DNA from: Octopus bimaculoides
Taxonomy: Eukaryota
Reading direction: 5' to 3'
NCBI RefSeq assembly: GCF_001194135.2
Contig: NC_068984.1
Coordinates: 136,823,319-136,887,318, forward strand
DNA: 64,000 bases
This document shows, piece after piece, positions 53,661 through 64,000 of this stretch. The position numbers and the translations under genes are program-made. Below the pieces are notes generated by a model that was not told where the DNA came from, made no database searches, and saw only the letters and a program-made list of their open reading frames with translations. Each line of letters opens with the position of its first letter. Position 1 is the stretch's first letter.

Positions 53661-54635
53661 GATGTGTTTTTACATTCTTAAAGAGCAGAATATGATCTGA
53701 GGGGAAAGTGGTTGCTAATTCTAGCAAATCAAACAATTGCACAAACCACAAATACTCCCTCATTGGTTATTCTTAGCATATTTTATATGAGGCAAACATG
53801 ACAGCAATATAAATTGCCTTTAAACAACCATTGCAATGTTTGAACTCATAAATTTGAGACAAGGAGTTGGGTACCTAAAATTCAAACTCTAAATATTTTT
53901 TTTTAATTTCAGAAGAGAAAAGAACTTTTCAAACTTTGAACAAACTAAAATGGTTTGAAGCCAGTTGTTTCACACCTCTGGTCCTGATAAAATAATTACA
54001 AAGAAATGGTATGAAGTAAAAAATACTCAGGAATAGATAGAAAAATTAATATTAATTCGATTAGAAATTTAAATGAAACAAAATTGAATTTAAACAAACT
54101 ATGGTCAGAACTTGAAATTTCTAATCAGGTGTGACATTGTTCTGAAAAACAGTGTCAATACAAGAGCTGCAGGCCTAGAAATAACACAGTCTGCACACAT
54201 AGCAGCAGAAACCATTTTTGGGGTGGGGGGGAGAAAAAAAAAAAAAAAAAAAAAAGATAGAGAAAGGAGGTTTTTTTAATCTTGGCTGATCAACTTTAAA
54301 GAATTAAAGCAAGGTGTATAAGATGACTGATGATAGCTGTAATGACAAGTAAAGTGACAATGATAACAATTATGATGATAATAATTATAACGAAGGTAAT
54401 GGTGGTACTAACAGAGAGAGAGGTTTTAATGTCAGAGATAAAGGAAAAGATAACAGTGGGGATGATGATGATGATGACAACGATGATGAGGTTTTATTTT
54501 CCTCAGTAATACAAGGTGATAAATGTCTAATGTATAATCTCATTCTACCCCTATCTTTTGCCTTGCCCCAATCATCCTGTTCCTCCCATTATACTCATCC
54601 CAAAAATATCTTGCAGTCTCCACCCAATGCCAGTA

Positions 54636-54987
54636 AAGAGGTACAGAGCCCCTTCGGTCATGAATGACCATGGGATTGCACCTAGCAAGTTCCCCTCCAA
54701 GACAAAAGTCCGGGCAAAGTTGTTTATGGAAGACCAGCAGTCAACCATTCATACCAACCAGCCTCCCCTCTCTACACCACTGATGTTATCCAAGGGAAAG
54801 GCAAAGGGGCCGATACAGCTTGGCACCTGTGACGTCGCAACTCATTTCTTTAGCTGAGTGAACTGGAGCAACGTGAAATAAAGAGTCTTGCTCAAGAACA
54901 CAACACAACAGCCTGGTCCAGAAATCGAACTGACTACCTCATGATTGTGAACCTGGCGTTCTAACCACTGAACCATGCGCCTTCACT
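54636..54987 (-). mobile_element. Full-length tRNA-derived SINE E with 12-bp TSD
   Basis: Head tgaaggcgcatggttcagtggttagaacg (A box) ... gttcgatttctggacc (B box), central gtgttcttgagcaagac block. CCAATGCCAGTA is repeated at 54624-54635 and 54988-54999. Confidence 0.9.
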
Positions 54988-55501
54988 CCAATGCCAGTAC
55001 AACCGACAATAGAATGGTGCTTATTACATGCCACCTGAGTTCAAATTCAGCTGGGGTCAACTTTATCTTTCCCTCCTTTTTGGAGTCAATAAAACAAGTA
55101 CCAGCTGCATACAGGGGTCAATGACATCAACTAAAGTCGCTGTCTGTCTGCCAAAATTTGAAACAATATATCCATAGCTTTTCTACTTCTATACTTTTAT
55201 ATTTTGCTTGCTGTAGTCTGTGATATTTTTCTGTTAGAGTATTTGTGCAATACAGTGCAAGGAAGAATTAATGGCAAAATACAAAACAGTATAAAAAGAC
55301 ATTTAAAACCATTCTAAACATTTTCTTTTAACATTATAAATCATTACTGACAAATCTTCAGATTTTTTAGCATTTGATATTTCCTTCTTTTTGATATTTT
55401 TTTTTCCTTTTTTCTTTTTTATTACTTTTACATGTTAGTAAAACTCAAGTCAAAAGGTCAACACATTTTTCTAACTTTTCCATTTCATCATATCGACTTA
55501 C

Positions 55502-55585
55502 CAGTTACATGGCGTAGTTTCTTCAGATTATAACCACCGATACCAAGGAATTTATTCCGGTTTGCAATTGGCACTTCCATTTTTT
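55502..55585 (-). CDS. PNPT1: PNPT1 (mitochondrial PNPase) internal exon, KH domain GxxG loop
   Basis: 84-bp exon with acceptor ...ctttcAG and donor GTaagt, phase 1/1. Translates (E)[27 protein letters not shown](G), aligning to human PNPT1 [29 protein letters not shown] (recalled). Too short for the ORF track. Splices in frame to the 50750-50856 exon. Confidence 0.93.
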
Positions 55586-56019
55586 CTGAAAGAATTTACA
55601 AAAAAAAAACAGAAATTGATAAATATGTATACTGATGACTGTTTTGAAACACAGAAAGTAATTTCTAAAAGTATCCTTAAATATAGGAATCCCCTACTAA
55701 CCCCAAGATTCCGAGTTCAATTCCAGGCAGTGCCTTGAATAGATAATAATAATAAAAACAACATAAAAAAATACCATAGGAATGAGAACCCAGGGTTGGA
55801 TTCAAAATTCCACCAGGACACCTGAGAGTAAATCAGCTGAAACGTTAGGTTAACAACAAACAAGGTGAGGACACATACCTGTCCAATGTAAATAATGTAC
55901 GGAATTCCTCATCTCTAAAATATAGAACAATAGGAACCTCTATCCATTACAAGACACTCTTGCATAAGATGCATTCTCACATAAGGCACACCCCTATTTT
56001 ACAAGTATATCATTGTCGT

Positions 56020-56250
56020 TGCCAATGCCGTTACTGCCTGACTGGCTCCCATGCTGGTGACACGTAAAAAGCACTCGCTACACTCTTGGAGTGGTTGGCG
56101 TTAGGAAGGGCATCTAGCTGTAGAAACATTGCCAGATCAGACTGGAGCCTGGTGCGGCCTCCTGGCTTGACAGTCCCCAGTGAAACCGTCCAACCCATGC
56201 CAGCATGGAAAACAGACGTTAAACGATGACGAGAACGATGACAATGATTA
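56020..56250 (+). mobile_element. Family C copy
   Basis: Terminal block plus gacgttaaacgatgacg tail. Confidence 0.9.
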
Positions 56251-56439
56251 AGAGAGAGTAAGCACCTGGAAAACAGGTAGTTAACAGCTTCACTGCAACT
56301 AACTTCACTTTTACTTTTGAACGTACCTCAGATTTGGGCAGAAGTTGATGTTTGAAACCTTTGCAATGCTAACCTTAACGGGTCAACGTCTGTTTCAAAC
56401 AACCAACTCGTGCTACAGTGAAAACAATAAATTTATGTT

Positions 56440-56900
56440 TTACTACAAAACTAAACTTGCCATCTTCAATTCAGGGTTTGTGCCTATCATTACCTGTGGC
56501 AATGAATTTTGGATATGACCACAAGAGTACACTTGGAAGTACAAGCAGCTGAAATGGAGTTCCTCTGAAGGATCGCTGGATTAATGTTACTCGACAGAAT
56601 GCGTAAATCATAATCTAAGGAGTCTCTCCAGATCAAGCCACTACTTCTCTACACAGAGAAGTAGTGGTACTATGGACATGAGGTTAGAATATTGCAGGAA
56701 AGAAAGAATTACAAGATGGGTTCTTCAAGCCGAACCAACCATGTAGAAGTAGACCAAGAACAAGACAGTTTGATGATATCCATAGTCTTAGCTGGTCAAA
56801 CTTGAAAATCCAGCCAGAAAGTGTAATGATAGTTGCTTCTGATAAAACCTTACGGAGGAGGTTTCTAAGGATTCGACCCACACAACCCTCTTAGGAATAG
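56440..56900 (+). mobile_element. RTE-clade LINE 3' fragment (second subfamily); shorter copy at 58662-58810
   Basis: FVPIITCGNEFW..VQAAEMEFL.RIAGL.LLDR...IKPLLLYTEK..W.YGHE.R, decayed; shared text with 58662-58810. Confidence 0.75.
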
Positions 56901-57766
56901 TGGGGGGAGAAGACGGATAAATTAATGGAATTTGAGATGGAAAGAAATAATATAATGTGTGAATCCACTGACATTAGCAGAAACTGAACTTACAACCTCT
57001 GGATTAGTACAGTAGTTGCTTATAGCCAGTACTCTTGTTAATACAGTTAGCCTATTAAACAGTCAAAGATCCCTAACAGCTGTGTGTGCCAGTTGAAGCA
57101 GAGAGTCTATGCAGGTGTTTTTGCTTTATATGAAACCAACAATACTGATACGCGACTCCCCCACCACTCATGTCACTGCTAACAGTAATGTCACAACTCT
57201 TCAGCAACATTTGGCAAAAATTAGATATTTTTCCGTACTTTAAAACGGTGAGAATCTGAAACGATTCTTCTGCCAGGAACTAAAACTCATAAAGGAAAAC
57301 TACAAGTTAGGAAGAGGAGAAAATATTAAATGTGTTTGTTAATTGCTCTCAGTTTGAGAAACGGTGATAGTTGCCAAGACATTTGACCAAAGAAATACTA
57401 TTGCAATAGCCATCAATATAATAGAGAACATTTGCCAAACAGGGAGAAAGAATACAAAGGAATACAAAGGAGGCGGAGAGAGAGACATTTCTAGACAACG
57501 GCTTACAGAACTGACTAGTTAGGTTAGATTGTGTAAGTGATTATTCACAGTAAAACTTCACAACACAAAACTTAGAAATAGGTTAACAACAATAGAAAAA
57601 AACGAAAAGGATACCAATAATGCGGACAATACCCTTTCAATAAGTATTTATTTCTTGTGTAAGAAACACTGATGTTATTTAATAGCAACATTTATAGGAA
57701 AACAAAGAAAGAAAAATAAATTACAGGAACTGTAATATTTTTCTTCTCAGTGTTAATAAGAGAATT

Positions 57767-58660
57767 AAGGCAGCAAGGTGGAAACATTGTTAGCATGCCA
57801 GGCAAAACGCTCAGGGGTATTTCATCCGTCTTTACATTCTGAGTTCAAATTCTACCAACGGTGACTCTGCCTCTCATCCTTTCAGGATTGATAAAGAATC
57901 AGTCAAGCACTGCAGACTGATCAAATTGACTTACTGCCGCCCCGAAAAAAAAATTTGGCCTTGTACCAAAATTCAAAATCAATATTCTTTTCTACTCTAT
58001 GCACAAAGCCTGAAATTTTGAGAGAGGGGGCCAGCTGATTAGATCAACCCCAGTCTGCAACTGGTACTTAATTTATCGACCCCAAAAGGATGAAAGGCAT
58101 AGTCGACTTTGGTGGAATTTGAACTCACAATGTAAACACAGACAAAATACCGTTAAACATTTCGCCCGTCATGCTAACGTTTCCGCCAGCTTGCTGCCTT
58201 ATATTCTTTTCTGCTCCAAGCACAAAGCCTGAAATTTGGGGGAAGGGAACCAGTTGATTAGATCAACGCCAGTATACAACTGGTACTAAATTTATCGACC
58301 CTGAAAGGATGAAAGGCAAAGTTGACCTCGGCGGAATTTGAACTCAGAATGTAAAGGCAGACAAAATACCGCTAAGCATTTCGCACAGCATGCTAACAAC
58401 TCTGCCAGCTCACTGCCTTATTTGAAATCAATATTAAGAGAATTAAGGGAGCAAGCTGGCCAAATCGATAGCATGCTAAGTAAAATGTGCCTAGTGGTAT
58501 TTCATCCGTCTTTATATTCTGAGTAGAAATTCTGCTGAGGTTGACTTTCCCTTTCGTCCCTTTAAGGGTCATTAAAACAAGAACCAGTCAAACACTAGCG
58601 TCAATGTCATCAGCTGACCTCCACCCTTGAATTTGCTGGTCTTGTGCCAAAATTCATGGC
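57767..58660. mobile_element. Cluster of four SINE B copies in +,-,-,+ orientation
   Basis: Copies at ~57767-57985(+), 57988-58200(-), 58203-58419(-) and 58446-58660(+). Confidence 0.9.
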
Positions 58661-58822
58661 TTACTACAAAACCAAACTTGCCATTTTCGATTCAGGGTTT
58701 GTGCCTATCCTTACCTGTGGCAATAAATGTTGGGGGTTGACCACAAGAGTACAATTGCAAGTACGAGCAGCTGAAATGGAGTTTGTCCGAAGGATCTCTG
58801 GACTAATGTTGTAACGAAAGGG

Positions 58823-59051
58823 TTAACCCTTTCATTACCAACCTGGCCGAAACCGCCTCTGGCTCTGTAGTACAAATGTCTTGTTTTCATAAGTTTTGAA
58901 TTAAAATCTTCCACCAAACATTAGTCACAATTTATGTTCTTAACACTAGCTTAATTATAACTAAGTCATTTTACTAAATACTTTGTTATATTAAAAATAA
59001 TTGAAAGAAACACAGAGCATCTCAAAATAAATACAGTAACGAAAGGGTTAA
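58823..59051 (+). mobile_element. TTAA MITE copy 2, preceded by an orphan right-end TIR (58811-58826)
   Basis: GTAACGAAAGGG TTAA CCCTTTCATTACC ... GTAACGAAAGGG TTAA. Confidence 0.9.
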
Positions 59052-59112
59052 CTTATGAGAAGGTGTATTTTTTTTCCCTCTGAAGATATTATGCTCAGGT
59101 CATATAAATTTA

Positions 59113-59620
59113 ATATTTACTAGTTGAGGGAACCCGTGGAAGAGGTAGGCCCAGGAAGACCTGGGCTGAGGTGGTGAGGCAAGACCTTCGTACATTGGGC
59201 CTCACCGAGGCGATGACTACGGACCGAGACCTTTGGAAATGTGCTGTGCGTGAGAAGACCCGGCAAGCCAAGTAAGATCGTTGCCAGTGCCCCTGGACTG
59301 GCTTNNNNNNNNNNNNNNNNNNNNNNNNNNNNNNNNNNNNNNNNNNNNNNNNNNNNNNNNNNNNNNNNNNNNNNNNNNNNNNNNNNNNNNNNNNNNAAGA
59401 CACCATTTCGAGCGTGGCCGTTTTCGTGCGGGTGACACGTAAAAGCACCCACTACACTCTCTGAGTGGTTGGCGTTAGGAAGGGCATCCAGCTGTAGAAA
59501 CTCTGCCAAATCAGACTGGAGCCTGGTGTTGCCATCCGGTTTCACCAGTCCTCAGTCAAATCGTCCAACCCATGCTAGCATGGAAAGCGGACGTTAAACG
59601 ATGATGATGATAATGATGAT
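59113..59620 (+). mobile_element. RTE-clade LINE 3' end: intact ORF C-terminus plus 3' UTR (family C) plus (GAT)n tail
   Basis: VEGTRGRGRPRKTWAEVVRQDLRTLGLTEAMTTDRDLWKCAVREKTRQAK*, followed across an N gap by the family C block. Confidence 0.9.
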
Positions 59621-59891
59621 TTACTGAGTATTAATTGAAACAGCTGTAAGGGATGATGATTAGCTTGCTGTTTATAATAAACAATTATTAACTTCCCAAT
59701 CTCCATGTATGTACAAATATTCTATAATCATAAACATAATTATAATCAGGGGTCAGCTAATTGCTTCTCCACGCACTGAATTTAGAAATAGGAGTTAAAA
59801 TACCTTTTCTGCTACCATAGAGATCTCCCAGACAATAACACTCTTTTATTATTATATGTATGTATGTATGTATGTATGTATGCAGGTAGGT

Positions 59892-59960
<69 letters not shown>

Positions 59961-60068
59961 TGTCTGTATGTGTGTGTGTCTGTGTATAATTTGGTTTTGG
60001 TTTTAATTCTCTATTCTCTTTGTTGGCATATAAATACACACACAGACACACATACATACATACATACA

Positions 60069-60100
<32 letters not shown>

Positions 60101-60507
60101 CATACATANNNNNNNNNNNNNNNNNNNNNNNNNNNNNNNNNNNNNNNNNNNNNNNNNNNNNNNNNNNNNNNNNNNNNNNNNNNNNNNNNNNNNNNNNNNN
60201 NNNNNNNNNNNNNNNNNNNNNNNNNNNNNNNNNNNNNNNNNNNNNNNNNNNNNNNNNNNNNNNNNNNNNNNNNNNNNNNNNNNNNNNNNNNNNNNNNNNN
60301 NNNNNNNNNNNNNNNNNNNNNNNNNNNNNNNNNNNNNNNNNNNNNNNNNNNNNNNNNNNNNNNNNNNNNNNNNNNNNNNNNNNNNNNNNNNNNNNNNNNN
60401 NNNNNNNNNNNNNNNNNNNNNNNNNNNNNNNNNNNNNNNNNNNNNNNNNNNNNNNNNNNNNNNNNNNNNNNNNNNNNNNNNNNNNNNNNNNNNNNNNNNN
60501 NNNNNNN

Positions 60508-60542
<35 letters not shown>

Positions 60543-61074
60543 GTAGGTATGTGTATATATATATACTTAATATACAGATATGTGAAATGTAGATTCAGCA
60601 AACTGAAATTTCATCAGATATTTTCATTTATTTTATTTTCAGTCATCTCCCATAGCTCTTTCAATCATGAAACATGAAAACAGTAGCATGAAGTCAACAT
60701 TGAAACATAATTATCTCAGAACAACAAAGTGGATAAGAGAGAAAGAGAGAGAGAGACAGAGAGAGACAGAGACAGACAGAGACAGCTAACTTTCAGATTC
60801 TTCAGAAATTGATTGGAGCCAATATTCTACATATTAAACTACAAATTATTGATTTAGCTTTCAATAATTTCTAAGATACCATCAATCATATTAAACTATC
60901 TGTAAGTATATATAAGCTAATATGAAAGAGTGAGAGTGACTTGTTTCAGTCATTGGACTGCAACCATACTAGGTCACTATGTGACAGGCTTGACAATTGC
61001 TGAGAATTCTTGGCATGAAACCAATGGTACCCTTGTTAACCCACAAATAAAGAATACTTGTATGTATAAATATA

Positions 61075-61650
61075 TATCATCATCACCGTTTAATGTCCGC
61101 TTTCCATGCTAACATGGGTTGGACGATTTGACTGAGAACTGGCGAACCAGATGGCTGCACCAGGCTCTAATCTGATCTGGCAGAGTTTCTACAGCTCAGA
61201 TGATACATATATATCATCATCATCATCATTTAACATCTGTTTTTCATGCTGGCATGGGTTGGACGGTTTGAGTGAGGACTGGCAAGGTGGGGAGCTGCAC
61301 CAGGTCCTGATCTGATTTGGCAAGGTTTCTATGCTGGATGCCCTTCCTAACACCAACCACTCCAAGAGTGTGGTGGGTACCATTGACCTGATACCAGCAC
61401 CAGCCATGACTATGATCTCACTTGGCTTGACAGCACCCATATAAAAAGCACCCAGTACACTTTCTAAAGTGGTTGGCATTAAGGGGAGAATCCAACTGTA
61501 GCTGAAACCATACCAAAGCAAACACCAAGGACTGATGCAGTCCTCTGACTTGCCCACTTCCTATCAAACTGTCCAACCCATGCCAGCATGGAAAACAGAC
61601 ATCAATGTTGACGATGACGAATGATGACGATGACAAATGATGATGATGAC
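61075..61650. mobile_element. Family C cluster in -,-,+ orientation
   Basis: Copies at ~61075-61200(-), 61215-61430(-) and 61435-61650(+). Confidence 0.85.
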
Positions 61651-62008
61651 GATGACTCCCACTCTTCAGTAAACCCCAAAAACTGTCGAATCCTCTTTGA
61701 ATGGATCCCATTCAGCTTAGTTTAACATCTGATTAGGAGCTGGGAATTGGTATTCAGCCATTTGGTTAATATTCGTTAGAAAACACAAAAGCACTCAGTT
61801 CCTTCAACTAAATTCTGTTTGTTTAGTCAATATCAACCGTGTTACTAATGAACAAAAACAGGGGCAACTATTAGACCAAGTGATGCACCTTGATTGCTGA
61901 AGTCAATAAGCTGATTCAGACAATACTTCTAGCACCAAACTATAACTGGATATCGTAGTTAACAGGTCTCTTCTTCCTCCTTTTCTATAATCATCATTAT
62001 TATCATTA

Positions 62009-62064
<56 letters not shown>

Positions 62065-63499
62065 GTTGTTATAGTTGTTATTAGATGGTTTTGTTTTTCT
62101 AAATAGAAACATGGAAACAATTTCAATCTAGCGTTGTCCTTTAATTATAGTTTGCGATCTTATAAATGTATTCATCAATAGCTTTAGAAATTTCTAAAGA
62201 TTCTTATAATTATAATAGAAATCCTCATCACTGTCATCATTGTCAACACCGTCGTCATCGTCGTCGCCGTCGTCATTGTCATTGACTTTGCCACTGTTAT
62301 TGATGGCAAGATCTTTAGCATTCTCGTGCAACATTCCTGGCAAGTAAATAAACATGGTTGATGATGGAACCTGAATGCTATTGCTTAATCTGCTAGAAAT
62401 AACAGCCATATTTTCATTAATCACATCCTACAAGATTTAAAACGAAAACATTAGATGATGTAGTCAAAAGTACACCATGGAAGAAAAACATGGGGTTGTT
62501 TGGGTTAAAATCTGGTTGATCATTCAGGGCCATGTTGCCCCGAAATAACAACAAAAACTTTACTAATTATCTTCAAGTTGCAGGCACAGGTCGGTGCAGG
62601 AATGGTTGTGTGGTTAAGAAGTTTACTTTGCAACCAAATAATTTCAGGTTCAGTTCCACAGTGGGCAAGAGTCTTCTACTGTGAGTAAATTTGACAGAAA
62701 GATACTGTAAAAGCCCACTGCGTGTGTGTGTCCACTCTAAGGGATCAGCACTCCAGTATGCAACTATCTACATCCATATATGCCTCACATAACCAAACCA
62801 TCCTTCTCTCTTGCACTCAAAATCTAATTCCTCTTATACCCAACTTTTCTCTCAATATTCTGGCACTCTGTTGCACATGTACACTTACCCAAGGTTCCAT
62901 GCAGTGAAACGAAACCCCAAACCATGCCATTGCAAAGCAAACTTCTTAAACACATAGCCTATGCCTGCACCTAGAAAACTTACAAAATTTCTGTAATTAA
63001 TTAATTATCCTGGAATTAATTTCATGAATGCCAGAGACTGGCTCCTTACTATCAAGCAAAATGGTAGAAATAATGATAAATAGTTGACAGGTGAGTAAAC
63101 GGGAACATGCATGTGAATTTAATGATTGGAGGAACGGTTTGGTTGTGCATATATTGATCCTTGGTCTGAGTGATATCTCATTAATTTCACGCGCTCTAGG
63201 AAACTGATCATGTTAATCTAGCAAAAACATGTAATCATTGTAGAAAGAGCTGAGAAAATCAGCCAAGAACTGAATAAAACTAACAATGCACAGACATGGC
63301 CGTGTGGTTAAGAACCCAACCATGTGATTTTAGGTTCAGTCCTGCTGTGCAGCACCTTGGACAACGATCTTCTACTATAGCTCTGGGCCAACAACTGCCA
63401 GGTGAGTGAATTCAGTAGGAAGAAATTGCGTGGAAGACCTACCCATAGTGGGACCGAACCCAAGGCCACATGGTTGGGACACACGCTTCTTAACCACAT

Positions 63500-63745
63500 G
63501 TGCAAGTGAGAGGATTGTGCTGGTTTGGTCATGTGATGTGGATGGAAGTCAACAGCTCCATAAAGAAGAGCCAATCTCTCAAAGTAGATGGAACACATAG
63601 AAGTGGAAGACCCAGGAAGACACGGGATGAAGTACTGAAGAACGACCGCAGGATGCTGAGCCTTTCAGGCAAGATGTCAAAGGACTGAGATGCTTGGTGT
63701 CATGCTGTACTCAAGAAGATCCGTACTCCACAGCAGAAGTGTTAG
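63500..63745 (+). mobile_element. RTE-clade LINE C-terminal fragment
   Basis: VRGLCWFGHVMWME..IKKSQSLKVDGTHRSGRPRKTRDEVLKNDRRMLSL..KD.DAW. Confidence 0.85.
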
Positions 63746-63751
63746 GACCAA

Positions 63752-63966
63752 AAGTGGCGAGCTGGCAGAAACATTAGCACGCCAAGCAAAATGCTTAGCA
63801 GTATTTCGTCTATCTTTACGTCCTCAGTTCAAATTTCGCCGAGGTCGACTTTGCTTTCATCCTTTCAAGGTCGATAGATTAAGTACCAGTTGCATACTGG
63901 GGTCAATCTAATTGACTGGCCCCACTTCCCAAAAACATTTCGGGCCTTGTGCCTAGAATAGAAAAG
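63752..63966 (+). mobile_element. Near-consensus full-length SINE B
   Basis: gtggcgagctggcagaaacattagc...cagttcaaatttcgccgaggtcgactttgctttcatcctttcaaggtcgatagattaagtaccag...gggccttgtgcctagaatagaaaag. Confidence 0.92.
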
Positions 63967-64000
63967 AAGTGTTAAGACCAGTCAATCTAGTGGTGTAACA

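Noticed and set aside
55690-55920. CTGA...GAAAC motif suggestive of a Penelope-type hammerhead ribozyme
   Set aside because: The core reads CTGAGAG rather than CTGANGA and I could not build the stems; at most a degenerate repeat remnant.

Overview
AT-rich eukaryotic genomic DNA from a gapped short-read scaffold, very dense in microsatellites and interspersed repeats. The repeat families resemble, from memory and not database-checked, those of Octopus (coleoid cephalopod). The only host coding sequence I can support is two minus-strand exons of mitochondrial polyribonucleotide nucleotidyltransferase (PNPT1/PNPase), at 55502-55585 and 50750-50856. They splice in frame and encode the KH domain (..[64 protein letters not shown]). 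I could not find the preceding RNase PH2 exon or the following S1-domain exons, so the rest is probably very large PNPT1 introns or partly intergenic DNA. That DNA holds at least four tRNA-headed SINE families (my labels A, B, D, E), many 3' ends of an RTE-clade LINE (label C), decayed R4/Dong-type LINEs sitting in (TAA)n arrays, Tc1 and mariner fossils, TTAA (piggyBac-like), hAT-like and foldback MITEs, and several minisatellites. Almost all ORFs in the supplied track are microsatellite or N-gap artefacts. I see no clearly new protein-coding system. The best leads are in repeat biology: a SINE-in-SINE composite found twice at the same internal site with matching duplications, a 19-bp higher-order minisatellite grown from a MITE subterminal motif, microsatellite-targeting R4/Dong LINEs, and inverted SINE pairs that could form dsRNA in the PNPT1 pre-mRNA. 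Repeat boundaries are approximate (about 10-30 bp) unless a TSD or TIR is quoted.
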